The notes beneath the pieces are model-generated. The model did no database searches. It had not been told where the DNA came from and was given only the letters and a program-made list of their open reading frames with translations. Shown here piece by piece: positions 10,345 through 21,568 of a stretch of 64,000 nt of DNA. The stretch's first letter is position 1, and every line of letters starts with the position of its first letter. The stretch is from Thermoanaerobaculia bacterium (GTDB lineage Bacteria > Acidobacteriota > Thermoanaerobaculia > UBA5066): positions 160,001 through 224,000 of the forward strand of contig CAWFJJ010000008.1 in NCBI GenBank assembly GCA_963816185.1. The letters are read 5' to 3'. Both the position numbers and the translations under genes were made by a program.

Positions 10345-10400
10345 CGCGAGAGGGGCGCGCCGCGATTCTGCGGGCATAATCTCCGTGCAACAGAATCTCA

Positions 10401-12683
10401 ATGCCGCTCTCTCCGGGCTCCCGCATCGGGCCGTACGAGATCCTTGGCCCGCTCGGCGCCGGCGGGATGGGAGAGGTCTACCGGGCGAAAGACCTTCGCC
10501 TCGATCGAGAAGTCGCGGTAAAGGTACTGCCGGAAGAGTTCTTTGGGGGTGAAGAGAGAAGGCAGCGCTTCGAGCGGGAGGCGCGGCTGCTCGCAGCGCT
10601 CAATCATTCCGGAATCGCCGCCATCTACTCATTCGAAGAAATCCCCTCTTCCTCTTCTTCTTCGCGTCACGTGCTCGTCATGGAGCTCGTCGAAGGCGAG
10701 GGCCTGGACGCGAAAATTTCCTCGGGCCCTCTTCCGCTCGAAGAATCTCTCTCTCTCGCCCGGCAGATTGCCGAGGCGCTCTCGGCCGCGCATGCCAAGG
10801 GGATCGTCCACCGCGACCTGAAGCCCGCGAACGTGAGAGTGACGCCCGAGGGGCGCGTGAAGCTCCTCGACTTCGGCCTCGCGAAGAGAGCGGACCGGGA
10901 CGCGATCGCGAGCGAGAGCGAGACCGCGACCCGACCCCTCACGCAGGAGGGGGTCGTGCTGGGGACGTTCCCGTACATGTCGCCCGAGCAGGTGCGCGGG
11001 CGGAACGTGAACGAGCGGACGGACGTGTGGGCGTTCGGCTGCCTCCTGTTCGAGATGCTCACCGGGAGAAGGCCGTTCGGCGGCGACAGCGCGCCCGACG
11101 TTCTCGCGGCGATCCTCACGAAGGATCCGGACTGGAGCGCGCTTCGCGCGCCCGGTTTCTCGAGCGTCCAGGAGCTCCTCGCCCGGTGCCTGAGGCGCGA
11201 CGAGGTCGAGCGGCCACACGGCATGTCGGACGTGACGCGGGATCTCGATAGGATCGCCGACGTGGCACGGGAGGGGCATTCACTCTCCGCAAAAGGCTCC
11301 CGGTCCCCGGCGCCCGTCTCGATCGCGGTGCTGCCGTTCGCCGACATGAGCCCCGCGAAGGACCAGGAATACCTGTGCGAGGGAATGGCCGAGGAGATCA
11401 TGAACGCGCTCGTGGGGGCCGGAATCCGCGTGGCCGCGCGGATGTCGACGTTTCGCGCCGCCCGGCAGGGGGAAGACCTCACGGCGGTCGCGCGCGTCCT
11501 CAACGTCGGGCACGTCCTCGACGGTAGCGTCCGCACGGCGGGGGCGCGGATCCGCGTCACGGCGCGCCTCACGGACGCCACGGCCGGCTTCCAGGTCTGG
11601 TCGGAGAAGTTCGACCGGGAGCTCGTCGACGTCTTCGCGGTGCAGGACGAGATCGCGGCCGGCGTCGTCGCGGCCGTGCGCAGCCGTCTCGGCGCGGAGT
11701 CGGCCGCCCTCCAGGCCCGGCGGCAGGTCCCGAATCTCGAGGCCTACCAGCACTACCTGATGGGCCGCCATCTTCGGTTCACGAAGAACGACCACGGGAG
11801 CGCCCTACTCAGCTTTGAGCGGGCCGTCGCTCTCGACCCGTCGCACGGCCCTTCGTGGGTCGGGCTGGCCGACATCCACGTCCTCGCGGCGGCCTACGGA
11901 GTGAGACCGTCGGCCGAGGCGAACGCGGCGGCCAAGCTTGAGCTCGCGACCGCGCGGCGCCTGCAGGGCGAGACCGGGGACGCCCGCTACGTCGAGGGCA
12001 TGATCGCGTTCGGCGAGCGGCGCTGGGCGGACGCCGATCGCGCGTTGGCCGGGGCGATCCTGATCGAGCCCGGCAACGTCCAGGCGCGGTGCTGGAGCGC
12101 GATGCTGCATTCGGTCCGGGGACGGACGGAGGAGGCTGTCGAGGCGCTGGAACGCGCCAGGGAGATCGATCCGGTCGCGCCCTACCCGTACGCGATGACC
12201 GGCTTCTGTCTCCTGAACCTCCGGCGGGCCTCCGACGCGGCGGCGTTCGCCGGCCAGGCTCTGGCGTTCGACGAGGATAACCTCTTGGCGCTCTGGGTCT
12301 CGGGAGCGGCGGACGTCTCCGGAGGAAGGGCCGATCAGGCGATTTCACGCCTCGAGCGCGCTGCAGAACGCGCCCGCACGAATCCGTTCACGCAGGGCAC
12401 CCTCGGGTGGGCGCTCGCGTCGGGCGGTCGGACCGGCGATGCGCTCAGGGTCCTCGAGGCGCTGCACGTCGACGCCGTGCCGGGCGCCACGGTTCTTTCG
12501 GAGGCATGGCTCCAGGCCGCGCTCGGCGAAACGGACGCGGCATTCGATGTCCTAGAAAGAGCGTGCGCCGAGAAGCAGCTGCTCGTCCCGTTTATCGGAC
12601 TGCCGGGGTTCGACCCGGTGCGCACCGACCCACGCTTCGAGAGGTTCGTTGGCGAGCTCGAACTGCCGGCCCAGAAGCGCTGA
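10401..12683 (+). CDS. Hanks-type Ser/Thr kinase with TolB-like and TPR domains
   Basis: GAGGMGEVY, HRDLKPAN, DFGLAK, YMSPEQ; SIAVLPFADMS; TPR-like C-terminus. Confidence 0.92.
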   Translation: MPLSPGSRIGPYEILGPLGAGGMGEVYRAKDLRLDREVAVKVLPEEFFGGEERRQRFEREARLLAALNHSGIAAIYSFEEIPSSSSSSRHVLVMELVEGEGLDAKISSGPLPLEESLSLARQIAEALSAAHAKGIVHRDLKPANVRVTPEGRVKLLDFGLAKRADRDAIASESETATRPLTQEGVVLGTFPYMSPEQVRGRNVNERTDVWAFGCLLFEMLTGRRPFGGDSAPDVLAAILTKDPDWSALRAPGFSSVQELLARCLRRDEVERPHGMSDVTRDLDRIADVAREGHSLSAKGSRSPAPVSIAVLPFADMSPAKDQEYLCEGMAEEIMNALVGAGIRVAARMSTFRAARQGEDLTAVARVLNVGHVLDGSVRTAGARIRVTARLTDATAGFQVWSEKFDRELVDVFAVQDEIAAGVVAAVRSRLGAESAALQARRQVPNLEAYQHYLMGRHLRFTKNDHGSALLSFERAVALDPSHGPSWVGLADIHVLAAAYGVRPSAEANAAAKLELATARRLQGETGDARYVEGMIAFGERRWADADRALAGAILIEPGNVQARCWSAMLHSVRGRTEEAVEALERAREIDPVAPYPYAMTGFCLLNLRRASDAAAFAGQALAFDEDNLLALWVSGAADVSGGRADQAISRLERAAERARTNPFTQGTLGWALASGGRTGDALRVLEALHVDAVPGATVLSEAWLQAALGETDAAFDVLERACAEKQLLVPFIGLPGFDPVRTDPRFERFVGELELPAQKR

Positions 12684-12686
12684 GCT

Positions 12687-13388
12687 TCAGACCAGGTCGA
12701 AGACGAGAAATTCCGCTTCGTCCTTCGGCGCGGTAAACGTGAACGCCGTCTCGTCCGACGCGGAGAGGCCGTCGCCGGCAGAGAGCGTCTTCCCGTTCAC
12801 CTCGACGGTACCGCGTAGCGACTGGACCCAGAGATACCGGCCCTTCGGCAGCGCGAACGACGTCTCCGTTCCCGGCTCGAGCACGGACGCGTAGATCCGC
12901 GCGTCCTGCCGTATCGCGAGAGAGCCATCCACGCCGTCCGGTGACGCGACGACGCGCAGTTGGCCCGTCTTGTCCGCCTTCTCGACGCGGATCTGTCCGT
13001 AGCGAGGCGCGTATCCCGCCCGGTCCGGGACGATCCAGATCTGGACGAAATGGACGGGCGCGGTCCCGCTCGCGTTGAACTCGCTGTGGAGGACGCCCGT
13101 GCCCGCGCTCATGTACTGGACGTCTCCCGGAACGATCGTCGAGCCATTTCCCATGTTGTCCTTGTGGGCGAGCGCGCCCTCGAGGACGTACGACACGATC
13201 TCCATGTCCCGATGCCCGTGCCTGGCGAACCCCTGACCCGGCTGCACGGTGTCGTCGTTCAGGACGCGCAAGGCGCGGAACCCCATGTGACGCTCGTCGT
13301 GATAGTCGGCGAAGGAGAACGTGTGCCACGTGTCGAGCCAGCCGTGGGTTGCATGGCCGCGCTGTTTGGCGGGGCGGATCGTGATCAG
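12687..13388 (-). CDS. pirin-family cupin (YhhW-like)
   Basis: HGWLDTWHTFSFADY, HGHRDMEI, HKDNMGN, HSEFN; inferred CTG start overlapping the pruA stop. Confidence 0.85.
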   Translation of the reverse strand: MITIRPAKQRGHATHGWLDTWHTFSFADYHDERHMGFRALRVLNDDTVQPGQGFARHGHRDMEIVSYVLEGALAHKDNMGNGSTIVPGDVQYMSAGTGVLHSEFNASGTAPVHFVQIWIVPDRAGYAPRYGQIRVEKADKTGQLRVVASPDGVDGSLAIRQDARIYASVLEPGTETSFALPKGRYLWVQSLRGTVEVNGKTLSAGDGLSASDETAFTFTAPKDEAEFLVFDLV

Positions 13389-14935
13389 AGCAGCTTCTCC
13401 GAAATCGATTTGGCCTGCAGGAAGAGCCCGAGGTAATCGCGGCCGCCGGCCTTGCTGTCGGTGCCGGACATGTCGAAGCCGCCGAACGGGTGCACGCCGA
13501 CGAGGGCGCCGGTGCACTTGCGGTTGATGTAGAGGTTTCCGCAATGGAGGCTCCTCTTGGCCTCCGCGATGCGGTAGCGGTCGCGCCCGAAATACGAGCC
13601 CGTGAGGCCGTACTCGCTCGCGTTCGCGAGCGCAATCCCCGTCTCGAAGTCCTTCGCCTCGGTGATCCCGAGGACGGGCCCGAAGATCTCCTCCTGGAAG
13701 ATGCGTGCCCCCGGCTTCACGTCGTAAAAGACCGTCGGGGCGACAAAGTTGCCGACGCGGCCGTTCCACGTCCCGCCCGTCCCGAGCCTCGACTCGCGCT
13801 TGCCGATCTTCACGTAGTCCGTCACGGTCTTGAGCTGGCGCTCGGATGCGACCGGCCCGAGGTAGTTTCGGTGGTCGCGCGTCGGGCCCTGCGTGAGCCT
13901 GGCCGTCTTCGCGACGACGGCGTCCACGAAGCGCTTGTAAAGTCTGCGGTGGACGATCGCGCGCGAGCAGGCCGAGCACTTCTGGCCCTGGAAGCCGAAG
14001 GCCGAGGCGACGACCTGCGAGACGGCCGACTCGAAATCCGCGTCTTCGTCCACGACGATGAAGTCCTTTCCCCCCATCTCGAGGACGACGCGTTTGATCC
14101 AGCGCTGGCTCTTCGCGATCGCGGCGGCCTTCTGGTTGATCCCGAGACCCACCGCCTTCGACCCCGTGAAGGAGATGAAGCGCGTCGCGGGCGACTCGAC
14201 GAGGAAGTCGCCGACGTCGCTGCCCGGGCCGGGCAGGTAGTTCAGGACGCCGGCCGGCACACCGGCTTCCTCGAGGACGTTGAAGACCTTCCACGCGACG
14301 AGCGGCGTGTCGGACGCGGGCTTGAGGACGACCGCATTTCCCGTGACGAGGGCCGCGGACGTCATCCCGGTCAGGATCGCGTTCGGGAAGTTCCAGGGCG
14401 GAATGACCGCGCCGGCCCCGAGCGAAACATAGCGCGTCTCCGGGAACTCGCCGCGGTACGGCGTGACCGGGATCTCGCCGCCCCAGCGCAGCATCTCACG
14501 GGCGTAGAACTCGAGGAAGTCGATCGCCTCGGCGGTCTCGACGTCGGCCTCGGGCCAGGACTTGCCGATCTCGAGCACCATCGTCGCGGAAAAGTCGTGC
14601 TTTCTCTCGCGCATGCGTGCCGCGGCGCGGAGGAGCACGGACGCTCGCTCGCGGGGTGCGACGCCGCCCCAGGTCTTCTGGGCCTTGACGGCCGACTCGA
14701 GCGCCTTCGCCGCGGCTCTCCGGTCCGCGAGGTGATGGCGCGAGAGGACCTCTGCGCGGTCGGCCGGATTGCGATTCTCGAGCAGGTGGCCGGTCTTGAA
14801 GCGGCGGCCGCCGATGACGAGGGGAATCTCGACGCCTCTGAGGCGCTCGACGCGCGCGAGAGCGGACTCGAAGGCCGAACGGGACTCGGCCTGCGAGAAG
14901 TCGGTGAATGGCTCGTTGCGAAATTCTTCGAGCAT
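13385..14935 (-). CDS. pruA: L-glutamate gamma-semialdehyde (P5C) dehydrogenase
   Basis: FRNEPFTDF, EMGGKD, FGFQGQKCSACSR, GTDSKAGGRDYL. Confidence 0.92.
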   Translation of the reverse strand: MLEEFRNEPFTDFSQAESRSAFESALARVERLRGVEIPLVIGGRRFKTGHLLENRNPADRAEVLSRHHLADRRAAAKALESAVKAQKTWGGVAPRERASVLLRAAARMRERKHDFSATMVLEIGKSWPEADVETAEAIDFLEFYAREMLRWGGEIPVTPYRGEFPETRYVSLGAGAVIPPWNFPNAILTGMTSAALVTGNAVVLKPASDTPLVAWKVFNVLEEAGVPAGVLNYLPGPGSDVGDFLVESPATRFISFTGSKAVGLGINQKAAAIAKSQRWIKRVVLEMGGKDFIVVDEDADFESAVSQVVASAFGFQGQKCSACSRAIVHRRLYKRFVDAVVAKTARLTQGPTRDHRNYLGPVASERQLKTVTDYVKIGKRESRLGTGGTWNGRVGNFVAPTVFYDVKPGARIFQEEIFGPVLGITEAKDFETGIALANASEYGLTGSYFGRDRYRIAEAKRSLHCGNLYINRKCTGALVGVHPFGGFDMSGTDSKAGGRDYLGLFLQAKSISEKLL

Positions 14936-15029
14936 GGGAGAAACATTCTATCGTGACACTCGCGAATCCCAACGTTGATCTCTTGCTCTGTCTTGTGAGA
15001 GAGTTGTCGTCCTGGGGAGGAACTTTCGA

Positions 15030-15521
15030 ATGGACAAGAATCCAGCTGGTATTCGCATGTTCGTGACGGATCTGGTCAAGAAGAACAAGGCGCTCACGGA
15101 GCGCGAGGTGAAGGCGGCGATCGGCAAGGCGTTCAAGCTGAACCCCAAGACGATCAGCGCAGGCGTCATCCGCGATGTGCGCAAGCGTCTCGGAATCGAC
15201 CGGCCGGGCGCGATTGCGTACGCGAAGGCGATGCTGAAGAAGAACCCGGTGCTCGAAGCCAAGAAGGTCATCGAAACGGTGGGATCGAAGTTTGGAATCC
15301 GGCTCGGCCCGCCCGACGTTTCGCGGCTTCGCCCCGCCGGCTCGAAGCGGCAGCGCGCGGTTCGTCCCGCGAGCGCCGGAAGAGCCGCACCCGTGAAACG
15401 CGGCAGGCCGGGCCGCCCCCCGAAGAGCTCGCGCTCCGGGGGCGCCATCTCCGTGACGTATCAGGGCAGCGGAAGGCCCGAGGATCTCGCCGCATTCTTC
15501 CGCGGCCTCGCCGGACAATAG
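15030..15521 (+). CDS. basic hypothetical protein with internal repeat and AT-hook-like KRGRPGRPPK
   Basis: GGAGG RBS upstream; host-like codon usage; Lys/Arg-rich. Confidence 0.7.
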   Translation: MDKNPAGIRMFVTDLVKKNKALTEREVKAAIGKAFKLNPKTISAGVIRDVRKRLGIDRPGAIAYAKAMLKKNPVLEAKKVIETVGSKFGIRLGPPDVSRLRPAGSKRQRAVRPASAGRAAPVKRGRPGRPPKSSRSGGAISVTYQGSGRPEDLAAFFRGLAGQ

Positions 15522-15539
15522 CCGTCCGGCCTCCGGGGT

Positions 15540-15568
15540 TTGACCGCACGCAGGGGGACCCGCATAAT
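15540..15568 (+). promoter_or_regulatory. tRNA promoter
   Basis: TTGACC-N17-CATAAT followed by GC-rich discriminator. Confidence 0.7.
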
Positions 15569-15584
15569 CCGCGGCCCTGCGTAT

Positions 15585-15658
15585 TGGGGGGTCGTCCAAC
15601 GGTAGGACTCCAGACTCTGGATCTGGCTATCGGGGTTCAAATCCCTGCCCCCCAGCCA
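15585..15658 (+). tRNA. tRNA-Gln (anticodon CTG)
   Basis: Acceptor TGGGGGG/CCCCCCA, D arm GTCC/GGAC, anticodon arm CCAGA-CTCTGGA-TCTGG, T loop TTCAAAT, encoded CCA. Confidence 0.97.
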
Positions 15659-15713
15659 TGAATTCGCCCGCCGAAGGCGGGCGAGCGCGCCGAAGGCGCG
15701 CGTAATTCATGGC
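15655..15713. repeat. branched palindrome (outer 10-bp stem enclosing two GAA-loop hairpins), REP-like
   Basis: GCCATGAATT...AATTCATGGC enclosing CGCCCGCC-GAA-GGCGGGCG and GCGCGCC-GAA-GGCGCGC. Confidence 0.75.
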
Positions 15714-15726
15714 AGCAACATGTCCT

Positions 15727-15750
15727 GGGGGAACCCGGGTCGGTTCCCCC
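15727..15750. terminator. GC-rich hairpin between convergent tRNA and vanZ-like gene
   Basis: GGGGGAACC-CGGGTC-GGTTCCCCC; no clear U-tract. Confidence 0.4.
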
Positions 15751-15776
15751 AAACCTCCTCCGTTCTCGGATTCTCC

Positions 15777-16175
15777 TTAGAGAATTGTTCGGCCCAATCC
15801 GACCTTTCTAAGAAGTTTCTCTCCGAACGCGACCGCGAATGCGACACCCGCCATGTCGGCGAGGACGTCTCCGATGTCGACGTCACGGCCGGGTGTATAC
15901 GACTGGTGGATCTCGTCCGAGCAGCCCCAGAGCAACCCCACGAGAACCAGGAAGACAGCCGTCTTTCCGCGACTCCAGCCTTCGCCGAAGCGTGCTGCGC
16001 GGACCGCAAGAAGGCCCGTGATGAGGAAATAAGCGGCGTGCTCGAATTTGTCCTTCTGCCAGAACCAGGGGCCGAGAGGAGGCATGCCGCTTGGCGTCTG
16101 CGCCGAGAGGAAGAACTCGTAGCCCAGGAGAAGGGCCACGGGCGCCCAGAGAATCAGCCGTGCCCGCGCGGTCAC
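15777..16175 (-). CDS. VanZ-family membrane protein
   Basis: DKFEHAAY, SDEIHQSYTPGRD..D..AD. Confidence 0.85.
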   Translation of the reverse strand: MTARARLILWAPVALLLGYEFFLSAQTPSGMPPLGPWFWQKDKFEHAAYFLITGLLAVRAARFGEGWSRGKTAVFLVLVGLLWGCSDEIHQSYTPGRDVDIGDVLADMAGVAFAVAFGEKLLRKVGLGRTIL

Positions 16176-16188
16176 GGATCGCCGCGGC

Positions 16189-17397
16189 TTACGCCGCCGG
16201 CGTCAGGACGGTGCAGACCGAGGCGCAGATCGGGCCGCCGATATTGAAGGTCGCAGCGGCGCGCGGATTTGGAACCTGAAGCTCCTTGGGCGCCTTTCCC
16301 AGGAGCTGCCACGCGGACCAGCCCACCATCGCGATGCCGGTTGCGCCGATCGGATGTCCCTTCGCGATGAGCCCGCCCGACGTATTGATGCCGCACTCAC
16401 CATCTGGCCGGGCCTTCCCCTCGACCCAGAAGCGCGCTCCTTTTCCGGCGGGCGCCTTCCCGATGACCTCGGTCCCGATCGCCCCCATGACGGTGAAGCA
16501 GTCGTGCACCTCGGCGACGTTGACCTCGTCCGGTCGGATGCCCGCGCGCGCGTAAGCCTTCGCCATGGCCGCGCGCGCTCCGCAGGGATGCAGAACGTCG
16601 CGCCCCGCTTTCTGGAGCGGGTCCGTGGCCTGAGCGAAGCCGGCAAGCCTCACCGTGTCGGCCTTGGCGACGCCGAGCTTCGCGAGCCCTTCCTCCGTGG
16701 CGAGGATCAGCCCGGCGTAACCGTCGGTGATCTGCGAGCAGTCGTACGTTTTCAGCGGAAGGCCGTCCACCACGTAGCGGTTGATGCCCTCGATGGCCAC
16801 GGCCTTCTCGAGGGTGACGTCGTTCCGCTGCATTTGCGCGTACGGATTGTGGCGGGCGTTCCCGTACTCCTGGACGGCGATCGCCGCGAGATCCGTCTCG
16901 GTGGCGCCATGCTGCTTCATGTACTCGTCCATCACTTCCGCAAAGAGGTGCGGGAAGACGAAAACCTTTCCCTCACGCTCGGACGGGTGCGAGAAATAGC
17001 CAAGCACCTTCCCGATGAGCTTGCCGTCCATCTTCCCTTCGGCGTCACGCATTTTCTCGAAGCCGATGGCGATCCCGGTGTCGCCTTCGCCAAGAAGGAT
17101 CTTCTGCGCGACCGAGACGATGGCCTGCCCGCCCGATGCGCAGGCGTTCTCGACCGCCTCGATCGGCTTGGCGCCCATTCCCGGAACCATCGCCACGAGG
17201 CCGGCCAGGAGGCCCTGCTCGTTCAGCGAGAAATTGCACGTGGCGCCGATGGAAGCGACGTCGAGCGCGGACGCCGGGACTCCGATCGAAGAGCACGTCT
17301 CCTCGACGGCCCTGGTGACGATCTCCGGAACGGTCATTCCCATCAGCTTTCCGAACCGCGACTGGTGATAGGCGGCGACATAGAGGGACTTGCTCAT
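16189..17397 (-). CDS. thiolase (SCP2/non-decarboxylating condensing family)
   Basis: VENACASGG, CSQITDG, AEVHDCF, GHPIGATG; ATG with GGAGG RBS. Confidence 0.88.
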   Translation of the reverse strand: MSKSLYVAAYHQSRFGKLMGMTVPEIVTRAVEETCSSIGVPASALDVASIGATCNFSLNEQGLLAGLVAMVPGMGAKPIEAVENACASGGQAIVSVAQKILLGEGDTGIAIGFEKMRDAEGKMDGKLIGKVLGYFSHPSEREGKVFVFPHLFAEVMDEYMKQHGATETDLAAIAVQEYGNARHNPYAQMQRNDVTLEKAVAIEGINRYVVDGLPLKTYDCSQITDGYAGLILATEEGLAKLGVAKADTVRLAGFAQATDPLQKAGRDVLHPCGARAAMAKAYARAGIRPDEVNVAEVHDCFTVMGAIGTEVIGKAPAGKGARFWVEGKARPDGECGINTSGGLIAKGHPIGATGIAMVGWSAWQLLGKAPKELQVPNPRAAATFNIGGPICASVCTVLTPAA

Positions 17398-17443
17398 GTG
17401 GAGACCTCCACGGTCGATTCTAGGCTCGCGGGAAACGTCGCGG

Positions 17444-19165
<1,722 letters not shown>

Positions 19166-19166
19166 C

Positions 19167-20588
19167 TCAGTGGGGGGCAGGCTTTCTCGCGAGAAGATCC
19201 GCGAAGGCCAGCAGGCGCCGCCGGGTCGTCTCTTTGCCGAGCACCTCGATCAGATCGAAGAGCGGTGGAGACGCGAGAACACCCGTGAGGGCGAGGCGGG
19301 CGGGCTGTGCGAGGTCTCCCAGCTTGAGGCCCTTCTCGGCTGCGAGCGTACGGGCCGCCTCCTCGAGCGCCGCGTGCGTGAACGGCTCAAGAACCGACAG
19401 ACGCTCGGCGAGCGTGCGCACGAGCGGCGCCGCCTCCGGCTTGCCGACCTTCTTCATCCCGGCCGCGTCGAAGTCCTTCGGGTCGCCGCCGTAGATCGCG
19501 AGGGCGTGCGCGAGCTCTGCGAGCGTGCGTGCGCGCGAGCGGTGGAGCGCGATCGCGCGGGCGAGAAGCTCCGGGTCCACGTCCGGGACGGAGAACGGCT
19601 TCAGCATCTCGAGGAGGCGCTCCGGCGGAACTTCCTGGAGGTACTGTCCGTTCAGCCACGCGAGCTTCTCGTGGTCGAAGCGCGAGGGAGACGGGCCGAT
19701 GCGCTCGAGCGAGAAGAGCGAGACCATCTCGGCGAGGGTCATCCGCTCCCGGTCCTCGCCGGGCGACCAGCCCAGGAGCGCAAGAAAGTTGTCGAGCGCG
19801 GCCGGCAAATAGCCCTGTGCCTCGAACTCCTCCACCCCCGCCGCTCCGTGCCGCTTGCTCAGTTTCTTGCCGTCTGCGCCGAGGATCATCCCGAGGTGCG
19901 CGAAGACGGGCGGGGGGGCGCCGAGCGCGCGGAACAGCGCTACGTGCTTCGGCGCGTTCGGAAGGTGATCGACGCCGCGGATGACGTGCGTGATCCCCAT
20001 CGCGACGTCGTCCACGCAGACCGTGAAGTGGTAGAGCGGGTGGCCGTCCGAGCGCACGAGAACGAAGTCGTCCAGCGCGCTCGCCGGAAACTCCGTGCGC
20101 CCCTGCACGACGTCATCCACGACGAGAGGCGCGTCCGGCACCTTGAGGCGCACGACGAATTTTTCGCCGGATAGGGCGCGACGGTCGGACTCCTCCTTCG
20201 AGATCGTGCGCGCTCTCCCGTCGTATCGAAACGCGCTTCCCGCTGCTTCCGCGGCCTTCTTCATCGCCTCGAGCTCGTCGGGCGTTTCGAACGCGCGATA
20301 GGCCTTGCCCTCGGCGAGAAGGCGGGCCGCGGCCTCTTCGTAGAGCGCGCTCCGCTCGCTCTGGTAGAACGGACCTTCGTCCCAGTCGAGGCCGAGCCAG
20401 CGCATCGCGTGGAGGATCTGGTCGGTCAGCTCGCGGCGGCTCCTCTCGACGTCTGTATCCTCGATGCGGAGGAGGAAGGTCCCCCCGTAGCGGCGCGCGA
20501 AGAGCCAGTTGTAGAGAGCCGTGCGCGCCCCTCCGACGTGGAGGGAGCCCGTCGGGGAGGGCGCGAAGCGGACGCGGGGAGCCGTCAT
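19167..20588 (-). CDS. gltX: glutamate--tRNA ligase
   Basis: [25 protein letters not shown]. Confidence 0.96.
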   Translation of the reverse strand: MTAPRVRFAPSPTGSLHVGGARTALYNWLFARRYGGTFLLRIEDTDVERSRRELTDQILHAMRWLGLDWDEGPFYQSERSALYEEAAARLLAEGKAYRAFETPDELEAMKKAAEAAGSAFRYDGRARTISKEESDRRALSGEKFVVRLKVPDAPLVVDDVVQGRTEFPASALDDFVLVRSDGHPLYHFTVCVDDVAMGITHVIRGVDHLPNAPKHVALFRALGAPPPVFAHLGMILGADGKKLSKRHGAAGVEEFEAQGYLPAALDNFLALLGWSPGEDRERMTLAEMVSLFSLERIGPSPSRFDHEKLAWLNGQYLQEVPPERLLEMLKPFSVPDVDPELLARAIALHRSRARTLAELAHALAIYGGDPKDFDAAGMKKVGKPEAAPLVRTLAERLSVLEPFTHAALEEAARTLAAEKGLKLGDLAQPARLALTGVLASPPLFDLIEVLGKETTRRRLLAFADLLARKPAPH

Positions 20589-20635
20589 CGGGCGGCGAGG
20601 ATAACAGCCGCGCTCTGGGGCATGATGCGCGGCTC

Positions 20636-21568
20636 ATGGCCTCGCCGGCTGACGTTTCCGTGCCCCGCCCCGAGGCTCTTCGGGCCGACCTCGTGCTCGT
20701 CCTCGTCACGGCGATCTGGGGGTCGACGTTCATCGTGAACCGGCTCGCCCTCGAGACGGCGCCGCCTCTCGTCTTCGTCCTCGTGAGGTTCGCGCTCGCG
20801 GGCCTCGTCCTTTACGTTCTGGCGCGCGGCCGCCCCCGTACGCCGAACCTCGTGAAAGACAGCGCGGTCATCGGCGTCCTCCTGGCGATCGGAATCGGAA
20901 GTCAGATCGCGGGCCAGCTCTTCACCTCCGCCAGCAAAGCCGCATTCGTGACGGGCCTCTCGGTTCCGCTGACCCCGGTCGCGGGCTACCTCATGACGAA
21001 GAAGAAGCCCTCGCGGGAGAACCTGGTCGGCCTCCTCCTGGCAGCCGCCGGGTTCGTGCTGCTGACCGCGCCGGAGGGCACGGCCGGGTGGAACCGGGGA
21101 GATCTCCTGATTCTCGCGACCGCCGTCTCGTACGCGATCCTCATCGTCGTAATGGCGGAGACGGCGCCGAAGCACGATGTGCGCTGGTACTCGTTCGGGC
21201 AGATCGCGGCTGCGGCGATCGCCGTGGGCGTGGCGCGGCTTGGGCTTGCGCCGTTTCTCTCGGGGGCGGGAGCGTTCGCCGTGGCGGAGAGCCGCCCGCT
21301 TCCATTGACGCCGCGGATCGTGGCCGCGATCCTCTGGATGGCGCTCGTGGCGACGGTCGTCACGTTTCTTGCGCAGACGTGGGCGCAGCAGCGCATGCCC
21401 GCGACGCACGCGGCGATCCTTTTCGCGCTCGAGCCGGTCTTCACCGCTCTTTTCGCAGCGATTTTTCTCGGCGAGCGTATGGCGGGCCAGGACTGGCTCG
21501 GCGCCGTATTCGTCCTTGGCGGTATCGTCGTGTCCGAGCTGAAATTCTCTATTCCAGGCCGAACGTGA
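20636..21568 (+). CDS. DMT/EamA-family transporter
   Basis: IWGSTF, two EamA halves, LEPVFTA. Confidence 0.88.
   Translation: MASPADVSVPRPEALRADLVLVLVTAIWGSTFIVNRLALETAPPLVFVLVRFALAGLVLYVLARGRPRTPNLVKDSAVIGVLLAIGIGSQIAGQLFTSASKAAFVTGLSVPLTPVAGYLMTKKKPSRENLVGLLLAAAGFVLLTAPEGTAGWNRGDLLILATAVSYAILIVVMAETAPKHDVRWYSFGQIAAAAIAVGVARLGLAPFLSGAGAFAVAESRPLPLTPRIVAAILWMALVATVVTFLAQTWAQQRMPATHAAILFALEPVFTALFAAIFLGERMAGQDWLGAVFVLGGIVVSELKFSIPGRT

Noticed and set aside
15585-15780. tRNA-Gln as an integration site for an island
   Set aside because: No integrase, no duplicated tRNA 3' end seen, and flanking genes are housekeeping
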